NCBI GenBank assembly: GCA_903909505.1
Contig: CAIVVZ010000022.1
Coordinates: 4,908 to 68,907, forward strand
From: an uncultured Desulfobacteraceae bacterium
Lineage (GTDB): Bacteria; Desulfobacterota; Desulfobacteria; Desulfobacterales; Desulfatirhabdiaceae
Direction of reading: 5' to 3'
DNA: 64,000 bases
This document shows, one piece after another, positions 35,453 to 45,478 of the stretch. The position numbers and the translations under genes are program-made. A model generated the notes under the pieces. That model was not told the DNA's origin, made no database searches, and worked only from the letters and a program-made list of their open reading frames with translations. The first letter of the stretch is position 1. Each line of letters opens with the position of its first letter.

Positions 35453-37702
35453 ATGTCTTCGCAGAAAGATTGTAACGTATTGGGAGGCGAGATAAAGGCC
35501 CTGCAACATTCCATGTCCTGGCGGATCACCGCGCCTTTTCGGTGGACAAAAAAAATTGCCATTTCAGGGGTTTTTCTCTTAAAACAGTCTTGTTTAGGGG
35601 GGGGGCGATGGCTTTTTAAGCGAATTCCTTTGACGGAAGCTGCCAGCTACGGAATGAAATCTTTTTTTTACCAGCGGTTTGGGTTGTTGTTTCAAAAAAC
35701 CATTTCATATCAAGTGTGGCAGAATGCCAGAGCTGGTGTGCATCAACCATCGTCGTTCATGAGCCTGTCCGTCGATATCCTATCGCTTGATCCGGATGAG
35801 GTCATATATTTTCCTCAATACCAGCATCCAGATATTTCAGTTGTCGTTCCATTATTCCATCGGGCGAACATTCTGCTCCAATGCCTTAAGTCTTTGTGCC
35901 ATACTTGTACGGGCTATACTTATGAAGTCCTTCTTGTGGATTCTCTGCCGGAGTTGGAAAGTCGGATGCTCCTGGCCAGGATCAAGGGGGTCAGGGTGGT
36001 CCCTGCAGGTCAGGGAAAGTCCATGGCTGAGATGTGGACTTTCGGGGCAGACATGGCTATTGGTAAGTATATAGTATTTTTGGCTGGGGGTCTTTTGCCT
36101 TTGCCCGGCTGGCTGGACGAGATGGGTCGTACCTTCAGAGACCAGTCTGAAGTCGGCTTGGTTGGATCTCAGGTCATTCTGCCTGAGGGGATTATCTGGG
36201 AAGGGGGCGGGATGATAGGTGGAGCGGGAGCCCCCTGTCGCCTGGGATGTGGAGCGAATTCTTTTCAACCCGAGTTCAGCTATCTGCGGGAGGTGGGTTT
36301 TTGTTCGGCAATATCTTTTATGGTCCCAAGAGAACTTTTTATGCAGGTTGGCAGGATTGCGGAGGGCGTTTGTGATGATTTGGTTCAGGTTGGGGCGCGT
36401 TTGTCTGTCGCTCTCCGATTGACAGGACGAAAGGTGTTTAATAACCCTTTGTCGAAAGCAGTTATTCTTTCTAGACCTGAAGAGAATGCTTGGATGTATT
36501 TAAAAGGGGAAGGAGCCGTCCTTGAGAACTTTGATCGAAAGAACATCCGGTCAGGTGGTTCGGGCGACAAAATTTTCGATACAGCCGGTAAAATCTTGGT
36601 TATTGATTTCAGAACGCCCACTCCAGATCAGGATTCCGGATCACAGGACATCATATCCTATTTCAATATCTTCCGTTCCCTTGGTTTTGAGATCACTTTT
36701 ATTCCTGCGGCTGATCTCCAGTTCGTGGAAAAATATACACCTGATTTGCAGCGGATGGGGGTGCGATGCCTTTATTCCCCGTTTGTTCGAGGGGTAAACG
36801 GATATCTCAAGTCCCATGGTCAGGAGTATGATTTGGTGGTGCTCTACAAAGTGCATTGTGCTGCCTACCGTATCGACACGGTTAGGCGATACTGTCCCAA
36901 GGCTAAGATCATTTTTGTTACAGTGGATCTTCATTTTGTCCGGGAGCAAAGGCAGGCTGTGATAGAGATGTCTCATGAGCTTCTGAAAAATGCGAATAAA
37001 ACAAAAAATCAGGAGCTTTCGGTAATCCGAAAGGCCGATTGCACCATCGTTTTAAGCAGCGAGGAGCGAGAGCTTCTTCTTAAGGAGCCCAATGTTAGCG
37101 ATGGAAAAATTGCTGTAATACCTCTGATCCGAGAGATTCCAGGACGAGGAAATTCTTTTTCTGCCAGAAAGGATATATTATTCGTGGGGGGATTCGAACA
37201 TCGTCCCAATGTGGATGCCATGCTTTCCTTTGTCTGTGACATCTGGCCACTGGTCAAAAAATACCTGCCGGAACTTGTTTTCTATATCGTTGGAAGTAAG
37301 CCCCCAAAGGAAATATTGAGTCTGGCCGGAGATGACGTGATAGTTACGGGATATGTCTCTGATATATCGCCATATTTACATGGCTGTCGGCTTTCTGTCG
37401 CGCCTCTCCGTTATGGGGCCGGTCTCAAAGGCAAGGTGGCTACAAGCTTAAGTTACGGCTTGCCTTGTGTGGCTTCTTTCGTAGCTGTTGAAGGTTCAGG
37501 CCTCGAACCGGGAGAGGATATTCTGGTGGCAGACAAACCAGAGGCATTTGCCATAGCTGTGGAACGTCTCTACCGGAACGAAGTTCTGTGGAACACGTTG
37601 TCCGATAGGGGGCTTGACTTCATGAAACAACATTTTTCTTTTGATGCAGGCCGACAGAAGCTGGAGAGTCTGCTGCGGAATCTTGGCGTACTGAAGGGAT
37701 GA
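35453..37702 (+). CDS. Two-domain glycosyltransferase (GT2-like N-terminal half, GT4/GT1-like C-terminal half)
   Basis: ISVVVPLFHRANILLQCLKSL and YIVFLAGGLLPLPGW in the N-terminal half. ILFVGGFEHRPNVDAM ... GAGLKGKVATSLSYGLPCVAS in the C-terminal half. Confidence 0.8.
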   Translation: MSSQKDCNVLGGEIKALQHSMSWRITAPFRWTKKIAISGVFLLKQSCLGGGRWLFKRIPLTEAASYGMKSFFYQRFGLLFQKTISYQVWQNARAGVHQPSSFMSLSVDILSLDPDEVIYFPQYQHPDISVVVPLFHRANILLQCLKSLCHTCTGYTYEVLLVDSLPELESRMLLARIKGVRVVPAGQGKSMAEMWTFGADMAIGKYIVFLAGGLLPLPGWLDEMGRTFRDQSEVGLVGSQVILPEGIIWEGGGMIGGAGAPCRLGCGANSFQPEFSYLREVGFCSAISFMVPRELFMQVGRIAEGVCDDLVQVGARLSVALRLTGRKVFNNPLSKAVILSRPEENAWMYLKGEGAVLENFDRKNIRSGGSGDKIFDTAGKILVIDFRTPTPDQDSGSQDIISYFNIFRSLGFEITFIPAADLQFVEKYTPDLQRMGVRCLYSPFVRGVNGYLKSHGQEYDLVVLYKVHCAAYRIDTVRRYCPKAKIIFVTVDLHFVREQRQAVIEMSHELLKNANKTKNQELSVIRKADCTIVLSSEERELLLKEPNVSDGKIAVIPLIREIPGRGNSFSARKDILFVGGFEHRPNVDAMLSFVCDIWPLVKKYLPELVFYIVGSKPPKEILSLAGDDVIVTGYVSDISPYLHGCRLSVAPLRYGAGLKGKVATSLSYGLPCVASFVAVEGSGLEPGEDILVADKPEAFAIAVERLYRNEVLWNTLSDRGLDFMKQHFSFDAGRQKLESLLRNLGVLKG

Positions 37703-38661
37703 TATCTTCCACGCTCAGCCTGAAGAGATATATTCGGTACTGGAAGCATTTTGCGTTTCATCGCCTATGTAAAGGTAAGAACGGAATATCGGGACCGTTT
37801 GCTCCATTTGAAACCACCAGGATTGAATCCTTTAACGAATATGGCAATTATGTCCGATCCATGGCTGGCGAGTACGAAAGCCGGAATCTGACAGAGCAGG
37901 CGCTACTGGTCGAAAAGGAGCATTTTGTTGTACCGGGTTATTGCTTTGTGTGCAGCCAACCGGTTTCCTTTCTGGCGGATTACGCCTATGGGTTCAAGAA
38001 TGAGGATGGCCGCCGCATTCCCAACTGGCGGGAATGCCTGATTTGTCCAGGGTGTCGTTTAAACAACCGGATGCGAGCGGCCATTCATCTGTTCCAAGAA
38101 CTGTGTCGTCCTCGGTCCGACTGCTCTCTTTACATAACGGAGCAAACAACTCCAATGTTCAAGTGGCTCAATGGGGCTTTTGTAAATGTTGACGGCAGCG
38201 AATTTTTGGGATTAGACTGTTTTCCCGGATCAAAAAACACAAGGGGAATCCGACACGAAGATTTAAATAAACTGTCTTTTGCCGACGAACAATTTGATTT
38301 TGTCCTTTCCTTTGATGTTTTCGAACATATTCCAAGCTACAGGAAAGCTTTCAGTGAGTGCCGGAGGGTGCTCAAAAAGGGCGGAGCCTTATTTTTCACC
38401 ATTCCTTTTGATCTGCATTCCGCTCGAAACATCATCCGGGCTAAAATACTGCCGGACGGAACCACGAAGCATCTCATGCCGCCGGAATACCATGGAGATC
38501 CTCTGCGGGAAAGCGGATGTCTGTGCTTTCGTCATTTTGGATGGGAATGCCTGGAGGAATTGAGAAGTGAAGGATTTTCTGAGGTTGCCTGCTATCTTTA
38601 CTGGTCCCGGGAATACGGATATCTGGGCGGAGAACAGCTTCTCTTTCTATCAAGGGCTTGA
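37699..38661 (+). CDS. SAM-dependent methyltransferase (type 11-like) with an N-terminal Cys4 motif
   Basis: FDFVLSFDVFEHIPSYRKAFSECRRVLKKGGALFFTIP; also CFVCS...CPGC. ATGA overlap with the upstream gene. Confidence 0.75.
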   Translation: MISSTLSLKRYIRYWKHFAFHRLCKGKNGISGPFAPFETTRIESFNEYGNYVRSMAGEYESRNLTEQALLVEKEHFVVPGYCFVCSQPVSFLADYAYGFKNEDGRRIPNWRECLICPGCRLNNRMRAAIHLFQELCRPRSDCSLYITEQTTPMFKWLNGAFVNVDGSEFLGLDCFPGSKNTRGIRHEDLNKLSFADEQFDFVLSFDVFEHIPSYRKAFSECRRVLKKGGALFFTIPFDLHSARNIIRAKILPDGTTKHLMPPEYHGDPLRESGCLCFRHFGWECLEELRSEGFSEVACYLYWSREYGYLGGEQLLFLSRA

Positions 38662-38670
38662 GGAGGAAAA

Positions 38671-39594
38671 TTGACTGTCAATATGCCGACGATTTCAGTT
38701 GTCATTCCCCTTTACAATCATGAGAAATATATCCATGCTGCCGTGGACAGCGCTCTGGGACAGGAGTTGAAACCCAGTGAGATCATCATAGTTAACGACG
38801 GCTCCAGTGATGGTTCAGAGCGAATCATGGCCGATATCCTTCATCATCACCCTGACATCATCTTCTGGTCCCAACCCAATCAAGGTGCTTCTCAGGCCAT
38901 CAATGCTGGGATTCATCGGGCTACCGGGGATCTGGTGGCCATCCTGAATTCTGACGATTGTTATCACCCTCAGCGCCTGAAGCGGTGCGCACAGGTGTTG
39001 GCCGCCTCAACAAATATCATAGCGGTGACCACAGCCATCGATTTCATGAATGCCGGTGGTGCCAAAGTTAAAAACCGTTGGTACGAACGAAGCAGATCTT
39101 TTTATGATAAAGAGGGGGATCTGTCACTGGCGCTAATAAACGGAAACTTTTTTATGACCACATCCAATATCGTTGTTCGGCGTAGCGTATTTCAGGATAT
39201 CGGGTATTTTGCGCCATTGCGTTATATCCATGATCTGGATTTTTTCCTGAGACTTCTGGTTCATGGCAAACACATCCATATGATTGACGACCCGCTGTTA
39301 TCCTATCGGATACATGCCAAGAACACGATTCGGGAAGAACATGCCAACGTTCGTGCGGAATGGGCATTTGCATGCGCACGGTTTATTGTGACCGCCAGGG
39401 GCCTCCCTGAATGGCGGGAAAAGGGATGGGACTATGTGGACAGATTCAACCGAATTATGGAACGACATTCCTTGAGCCGCCTACTGAATATTTTCTTTAT
39501 CTTTTTTGCGAGCCAGTCCACAATGGGCATTGATATAAACCGCTTTGATGAGGATGCTCAATTCTTAAAGCTCCTCCGTCATGTGGCTCAGTGA
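38671..39594 (+). CDS. GT2 family glycosyltransferase (paralog of 33074-33961)
   Basis: ISVVIPLYNHEKYIHAAVDSALGQELKPSEIIIVNDGSSDGSE and ILNSDDCY. TTG start after gaggagg; an alternative ATG is at 38683. Confidence 0.85.
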   Translation: MTVNMPTISVVIPLYNHEKYIHAAVDSALGQELKPSEIIIVNDGSSDGSERIMADILHHHPDIIFWSQPNQGASQAINAGIHRATGDLVAILNSDDCYHPQRLKRCAQVLAASTNIIAVTTAIDFMNAGGAKVKNRWYERSRSFYDKEGDLSLALINGNFFMTTSNIVVRRSVFQDIGYFAPLRYIHDLDFFLRLLVHGKHIHMIDDPLLSYRIHAKNTIREEHANVRAEWAFACARFIVTARGLPEWREKGWDYVDRFNRIMERHSLSRLLNIFFIFFASQSTMGIDINRFDEDAQFLKLLRHVAQ

Positions 39595-40832
39595 ATGTTC
39601 TGTTTATAAGTAATCTCTATCCTCCCAACGTGGTGGGGGGATATGAGAGGCTGTGTTTCGATATGGCGTCAGCCTTTGCTGAGAGAAACCATAGGGTCTC
39701 TGTCCTTACGAGCAACTATGGCGGACGAGTGGAAGATTATTCCGGTCAGGACGTCGAACGCTCATTGCGTCTTCTGGCTGACGAAAGAGATATCTACAGA
39801 TCCTTTGCAGCCTCTGGTATTGAAAAGAAGAGGATTAACGCCCACAATACGACAGTTCTTGAGTGCAAGCTGGCAGAGGTCAGGCCGGATGTCCTCTTTG
39901 TCTGGAATCTGTTTTTTTTCGATCGGTCTTTGCTTCAAGCAATACAGACTGCGGGTTGCCGTACCGTCTTTCTCCTGACTGACAACTGGTTTATCTTATT
40001 GTTAAAGCCTGAATTTTGGTATCGGTATATTACTAAGGAAGTTCTTTCTTCACATTCTCGCACAACCGCAATCCGAGCTGTTTTTGCAAAGCTGCGTTCC
40101 AGAATACATCCAAGGAATTTGTCTATCAATTGTCAGGCTATCTTCCCTAGCCGATTTATGCATGAGCTTTATGTTCAGGCAGGATTCAGATTCCAGGGGG
40201 CTTTGGTAATTCCCCATGGAGTTAGACTCGCCCAGCATCAGGACGGAGAGTATCGGGACCGGATGTTCCCTGTGGAGAAAGGCCGGCTGCGTCTTCTTTT
40301 CGCCGGCAGGGTGGTTGAGATGAAGGGGGGGCACACGATTCTGGAAGCCCTTCCGGCGATCATCCGGGGACTGCCGAAGACCGAGGTCCGAGTGACGGTA
40401 TTAGGGGATAGTCGGGACAGGCAGTATATAGAAAAGTTAGAGGGGATGATCCAGCGGCTGGATCTGGGGGGGAAAGTTGAATTTTTACCGCCGATTCCGG
40501 AATCCGACTTGTTTTGTCTTTTTCAGAACAATGATATCTTCCTTTTTCCTTCCCTATACGAGCCATTTTCACTGACCCTGATTCATGCCATGGCGTCTGG
40601 AATCCCTACTGTGGCCTCAGATGTGGGTGGCAACAAGGAGATCGTATTTCCCGGTCGAACCGGGCTGTTATTTCCCAAGGGGGACCCCCGAGGCCTTGCC
40701 CGGGCAGTATTAAATCTGGCAGGCGATCCAAATCTTAGCCGTACTGTGTCAGCGGGAGCCAGGAAGGTGGCTCAGGAATTTACTTTTCAGACCATGGCCC
40801 AAAAAATCGAAGCATATCTGAGTGCAATGTGA
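39591..40832 (+). CDS. GT4 family glycosyltransferase
   Basis: MNVLFISNLYPPNVVGGYE and HAMASGIPTVASDVGGNKEIV. GTGA overlap with the upstream gene. Confidence 0.85.
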   Translation: MNVLFISNLYPPNVVGGYERLCFDMASAFAERNHRVSVLTSNYGGRVEDYSGQDVERSLRLLADERDIYRSFAASGIEKKRINAHNTTVLECKLAEVRPDVLFVWNLFFFDRSLLQAIQTAGCRTVFLLTDNWFILLLKPEFWYRYITKEVLSSHSRTTAIRAVFAKLRSRIHPRNLSINCQAIFPSRFMHELYVQAGFRFQGALVIPHGVRLAQHQDGEYRDRMFPVEKGRLRLLFAGRVVEMKGGHTILEALPAIIRGLPKTEVRVTVLGDSRDRQYIEKLEGMIQRLDLGGKVEFLPPIPESDLFCLFQNNDIFLFPSLYEPFSLTLIHAMASGIPTVASDVGGNKEIVFPGRTGLLFPKGDPRGLARAVLNLAGDPNLSRTVSAGARKVAQEFTFQTMAQKIEAYLSAM

Positions 40833-41156
40833 CAAACAATAACCGAAGAGAGATCCGGCTGATAATTTTTATATTTCAATCTGGAGCTTGTGAAGATATT
40901 TATTCGTAGCGGAATTGAACTTGATATTTTCAGATAATTATTGGAAAAGAGAATCGCTCACGGGTTTATCCTTTTTGTGTAGGTATTTTTGGCGAAGCAA
41001 CTCTATAAAGGTGTCTCCGCAAAAATCAATGATTATGATAGAGTGTTCCATCCCAATAGGAAGCTGCGATAGTGTATTGAATACGTTGTCATTCCAAGGT
41101 GTTTCGAAATAGCATGAGTTTTGATATGCGCATAAAACGGTAAGGACTTTTTTATT

Positions 41157-42233
41157 TTGTTGGTACCTGAAGCAACAATCGTCATACCCAGTTTTAACGG
41201 ATTGCACCTGTTGAAAACATGTCTACAATCGATTGATAATCAGAGCGTTCGCACCTTTGAAGTTGTCCTGGTGGAGAATGGGTCTGGAGATGGGACTGCT
41301 GACTGGGTAAAACGCAATTATCCGAAAATTGAGATTATACGATTCATCGTCAACAAAGGATTCAGCGCGGCAGTGAATGAAGGTATCCGACGATCCAAAA
41401 GTCGCTATATTTTTTTATTGAATAATGATACGGAGCTTGATCCTGCCTGTCTGGAAATCCTGATTCAAACCGCAGATGCAAATAGTGCATACGCCAGTTT
41501 TGCTCCAAAAATGATTCAGTATCACAACCGAAAGATGCTGGATGGCGCAGGAGACGGGGTCTTCAGGGGCGGCGGCGGATACCGGCTTGGCACTCAGGAA
41601 CCGGATAGCGCGTTGTGGGATCATCCCGTACGCGTTTTTGGCGCTTGTGCCGGCGCAGCCCTGTATCGCAGGGCTTTTTTTGAAGAAGCGGGTCTGTTTG
41701 ATGAGGATTTTTTTGCGTATCTTGAAGATGTGGATATCAATTTTAGGGCTGCGCGCTTGGGCCTCCGGTGTCTGTATGTGCCTGGGGCAAGGGTGTATCA
41801 CATGGGGAGCCAGACTTCAGGAAGCAGGTTGAATACTTTTACAGTGCGCTGGACCACCCAGAATATGATTCGGGTGCTGGTTCACAATTATCCTTCATCT
41901 ATATTGTTACGTCAGTGGCCGGTCATCATGCTGCATCATTTGGGATGGCTGTTTCTGATGATTTTGAGACGACAGTTCCCATCCTATCTTAAAGGCGTCC
42001 GATCCGCATTTCGCGGTCTTCCGGCGATGTTTAAGAAACGGAATCAGTGGAGCACCCGAAAAACCATTCCTGACAGCCTATTCTGGGGTATGGTTGTGCA
42101 ATCTGAAAAGGATATATTGGCTTCCACCCTGAGGCGAAGGAGATTTAGGGGCCAATATGCCAGTCTGATTCGGCTTTACATGAAAATCTTCAATGAGAGG
42201 AATTCGGGTAAAACCATGGTGCGGGCTGAATGA
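41157..42233 (+). CDS. GT2 glycosyltransferase (COG1216 / rhamnosyltransferase-like), tandem paralog a
   Basis: IVIPSFNG, VENGSGDGT, LLNNDTEL, FGACAGAALYR, GLFDEDFFAYLEDVD. Confidence 0.85.
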   Translation: MLVPEATIVIPSFNGLHLLKTCLQSIDNQSVRTFEVVLVENGSGDGTADWVKRNYPKIEIIRFIVNKGFSAAVNEGIRRSKSRYIFLLNNDTELDPACLEILIQTADANSAYASFAPKMIQYHNRKMLDGAGDGVFRGGGGYRLGTQEPDSALWDHPVRVFGACAGAALYRRAFFEEAGLFDEDFFAYLEDVDINFRAARLGLRCLYVPGARVYHMGSQTSGSRLNTFTVRWTTQNMIRVLVHNYPSSILLRQWPVIMLHHLGWLFLMILRRQFPSYLKGVRSAFRGLPAMFKKRNQWSTRKTIPDSLFWGMVVQSEKDILASTLRRRRFRGQYASLIRLYMKIFNERNSGKTMVRAE

Positions 42234-43231
42234 AAGAGCAGGTTACCGTTGTTGTGGTGAACTGGAACGGCAAGGCATGTCTTATCCAGTGCCTGGATGC
42301 GCTACGGGAACAGTCTGTTCAGGGTATGGCCGTGATTGTTGTGGACAATGGCTCTGTTGACGGATCGGTTGAGGCGGTCAAAAATCAATTTCCTGAAGTT
42401 GCCCTCATTGCATTGACGGAAAATCTCGGATTCTCGGCAGCCAATAACATTGCGATTCGAAACGTTCAGACAGACTATGTTGCATTGCTGAATAACGATG
42501 CCATTGCTCACCCCCTGTGGCTGGAAAACCTGATTGACGCCATGTGCAGATATCCGGAGGCGGGATTTGCGGCGTCTAAAATGCTTTATCAGCAGAGGCC
42601 CCAAGTCATAGATCGGGCTGGAGACGGCTATACAACCGCCGGTGCCGGCAGTTTGCGTGGACGCGGCCAGTCCGCAAATTCGTTCTGCCGGACAGAATGG
42701 ATTTTTGGCGCCTGCGCAGGGGCAGCCTTGTATCGAATGACCATGCTTGACGATATCGGACTGTTTGATGAGGATTTTTTTTTGCTTTATGAAGATGTGG
42801 ATTTGAGCTTCAGGGCGCAGCTCAAAGGTTATAAATGCTGTTATGTTCCGGATGCTGTTGTTTATCATCAGGCAAGCCGGACGATTGGACATGATTCTCC
42901 GACATCCGTATATTATGGACATCGAAATCTGGAGTGGGTTTATTTTCAGAATATGCCCGCCTCACTATTAACCCGAACTGCGATGCGTCATCTGGTGTAC
43001 ACGATTGCGGCATTTGGTTTTTTTGCCGCAAAAGGTCTTTTAGCAGCATTTATCCGGGCGAAACGGGACAGTTTTAAAGCATGGAGAACTGTTTTGGATA
43101 AACGCAAAAAAAATCAGGCCCAGCGCAGGGTTAAAGATGATTATATTTGGAGTTTGCTTGAGGCGGAACGGAGTTTTTCCCGTTTATCCCATCGGTTGAA
43201 GAAGCAAAGCTTGAAAAAAGGCAACCTGTGA
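42230..43231 (+). CDS. GT2 glycosyltransferase (COG1216-like), tandem paralog b
   Basis: VVVNWNG, VDNGSVDGS, LLNNDAIA, FGACAGAALYR, GLFDEDFFLLYEDVD. ATGA overlap. Confidence 0.85.
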   Translation: MKEQVTVVVVNWNGKACLIQCLDALREQSVQGMAVIVVDNGSVDGSVEAVKNQFPEVALIALTENLGFSAANNIAIRNVQTDYVALLNNDAIAHPLWLENLIDAMCRYPEAGFAASKMLYQQRPQVIDRAGDGYTTAGAGSLRGRGQSANSFCRTEWIFGACAGAALYRMTMLDDIGLFDEDFFLLYEDVDLSFRAQLKGYKCCYVPDAVVYHQASRTIGHDSPTSVYYGHRNLEWVYFQNMPASLLTRTAMRHLVYTIAAFGFFAAKGLLAAFIRAKRDSFKAWRTVLDKRKKNQAQRRVKDDYIWSLLEAERSFSRLSHRLKKQSLKKGNL

Positions 43232-45366
43232 TTGATATTGTTATCGTAAATTACAATAGTACGGATTATCTTCTGAAATGTTTGCAATCCATTTATGCGG
43301 ATCTGGAAGGATTCCCTGCAACGGTCTGGATCGAAGATAATGGCTCAGCCGATGGGATCCATCGAATCACCGATCAGTTTCCGGATGTGATTCTTTCCCG
43401 CAATGAAAGGAATCTGGGATTTGCCACTGCGGTGAATCATGCGCTGAAAAAGGGCGTAGCCCCTTACGTGGTTTTGTTAAATCCGGATTCCTTGATACTG
43501 AAAGGTTTTTTCCGGGAAGCCCTTTCTTTTATGGAACTGAATCCTCAGATTGCTATAGCAGGCCCCAGAATACTGGACGAGGATGGTTCACTTCAAGGAT
43601 CAGCAAGGGCTTTTCCAACGCCGATGACAGCATTATTTGGTCGTTCATCGCTGTTTACCCGAATTTTCCCCAATAATCCGATAACCAGCGCCAACGTATT
43701 AACAAGTCGTTCCGACGGCATCCATCCGATGGAAGTGGACTGGGTGTCGGGCGCCTGTATGGTGATTCGGCGAAAAGCCATAGATGCGGTCGGTTGTTTT
43801 GATGAACGTTTTTTTATGTATTGGGAAGATGCGGATTGGTGTAAAAGAATGTGGAACGGCGGCTGGAAAGTGGTCTATTTCCCGGTTGTCAGCATTGTGC
43901 ATCATGTTGGCGTCAGCAGCAGCCAACTCCTTTTAAGATCCAGATTTGAATTTCATAAAAGCGTTTATCTTTTGTTTGAAAAATACAGTCCGACAATTCC
44001 CTGGTTGATTAAAATCATGGTGATGGCCAGCCTGTTTGTGCGCTTTGGTCTGCTTCTGGCCCTTAATGGAATTACTCTTTATGTCGGGGCTCCGGGTGCC
44101 TGCCGTTGTATTACTCCACAAGCGAAGTCCGTGCCGCAAAAAATTAAAGTATTGCGATTGATCGCCAGGCTCAATGTCGGCGGGCCGTCCATTCATGTCC
44201 ACTTGCTGACAACAGGGCTTGATTCAAAGCGTTTTGAAACGCTCTTGGTTACCGGTATGATTTCCGACAAGGAAGGGGATATGGCGTATCTGTTTCAGGA
44301 CAGCAGCCATAAGCCCTATCAGCTTTCCGAGATGCAGCGGGACATTCGCATCCCCATGGATATTCGAGTGATACGTCGGGTTTATCAACTCATCCGCAAG
44401 TTTCAACCGAATATCGTCCATACACACACTGCAAAGGCTGGATTCACGGCGCGTATCACGGTGCTTCTTTACAATCTGATTTTCAGAAAAAAGGTCAAAA
44501 TTGTCCACACCTTTCATGGTCATGTCTTTGACGGATATTTCAGTACGATAAAATCCTGGTTGTTTATTCAAATTGAAAGGTTTCTGGCAAGGATGACCGA
44601 TGTGATTGTTGCCATCAGTGAAACCCAGAGAAACGATCTGGCCATAAAATACCACATTGCGCCATTGCAAAAGATCCGGATTATCGAGCTGGGATTTGAT
44701 CTTAACCCCTTTCTTTCCAGCGCTGTTTTAAAGGGACGTTTCCGAAAAAGGCTGGGAGTAGGGGATAAAACGATTATTGTCGGAATCATTGGACGGCTCG
44801 TTCCCATAAAAAATCATGAAATGTTTTTTGAGGCAGCGCGGCTCTTTCTGGAGGCAAACCCGGCAATAGATGTAAAATTTGTTATCGTTGGCGATGGGGA
44901 ATGCCGTGATCATCTTGAAGCGTATTGCAGAAATTTGAACCTGACCCGCCATGTGCTTTTCTTGGGATGGGTTCGGAACGTATCTCTGGCATATGCCGAT
45001 CTGGATATCTTGGCGTTGACCTCTCTGAACGAAGGAACGCCGGTCTCCATCATCGAAGCCATGGCATCCTCTGTTCCGGTGATTGCAACCCATGTCGGGG
45101 GGATTCAGGACCTGCTGGGCAGGCCGAATGATCCCCCATCTGATTGTGGGAGGTTCGCCGTATGCGAGCGGGGTATTCTTTGCCGGAATAATGATGCTAT
45201 CGCTTTTTTCAAGGGGTTAAGTTATCTTGTGGGAGAAGATTTACCAGCCAAGCAAGCCCGCATTAAACGCGCCCGGACTTATGTGGTAAATCGGTTTGCA
45301 AAAGAGCGGTTGTTGAAGGATGTCGAATTGCTATACAGCCAGTTAATGGACAAGGAGATGAAATAG
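43228..45366 (+). CDS. Fusion of COG1216-like GT2 (paralog c) + membrane segment + GT4 domain
   Basis: IVIVNYNS, EDNGSADG, LLNPDS, WEDADWC. Hydrophobic stretch WLIKIMVMASLFVRFGLLLAL. GT4 half: LIARLNVGGPSIHV ... EAMASSVPVIATHVGG. GTGA overlap. Confidence 0.85.
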   Translation: MIDIVIVNYNSTDYLLKCLQSIYADLEGFPATVWIEDNGSADGIHRITDQFPDVILSRNERNLGFATAVNHALKKGVAPYVVLLNPDSLILKGFFREALSFMELNPQIAIAGPRILDEDGSLQGSARAFPTPMTALFGRSSLFTRIFPNNPITSANVLTSRSDGIHPMEVDWVSGACMVIRRKAIDAVGCFDERFFMYWEDADWCKRMWNGGWKVVYFPVVSIVHHVGVSSSQLLLRSRFEFHKSVYLLFEKYSPTIPWLIKIMVMASLFVRFGLLLALNGITLYVGAPGACRCITPQAKSVPQKIKVLRLIARLNVGGPSIHVHLLTTGLDSKRFETLLVTGMISDKEGDMAYLFQDSSHKPYQLSEMQRDIRIPMDIRVIRRVYQLIRKFQPNIVHTHTAKAGFTARITVLLYNLIFRKKVKIVHTFHGHVFDGYFSTIKSWLFIQIERFLARMTDVIVAISETQRNDLAIKYHIAPLQKIRIIELGFDLNPFLSSAVLKGRFRKRLGVGDKTIIVGIIGRLVPIKNHEMFFEAARLFLEANPAIDVKFVIVGDGECRDHLEAYCRNLNLTRHVLFLGWVRNVSLAYADLDILALTSLNEGTPVSIIEAMASSVPVIATHVGGIQDLLGRPNDPPSDCGRFAVCERGILCRNNDAIAFFKGLSYLVGEDLPAKQARIKRARTYVVNRFAKERLLKDVELLYSQLMDKEMK

Positions 45367-45478
45367 AAATCGTTATCCCCAAAACCCGTTTTACCCGGAA
45401 CACCCTGCTGAATCTTTCCGGTCAGATCTTTCTCTGGACAGTATGGATTATGCTGTGGATGATTGGGTTGACAAAAAA

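Noticed and set aside
40938-41207. 89-aa minus-strand ORF (and a 65-aa plus-strand ORF) in the AT-rich gap between GT4 39591-40832 and GT2 41157-42233
   Set aside because: No motif is recognised, it overlaps the start of the downstream GT2 gene, and AT-rich spacers give spurious ORFs. It could be a decayed fragment, but I cannot support a call.
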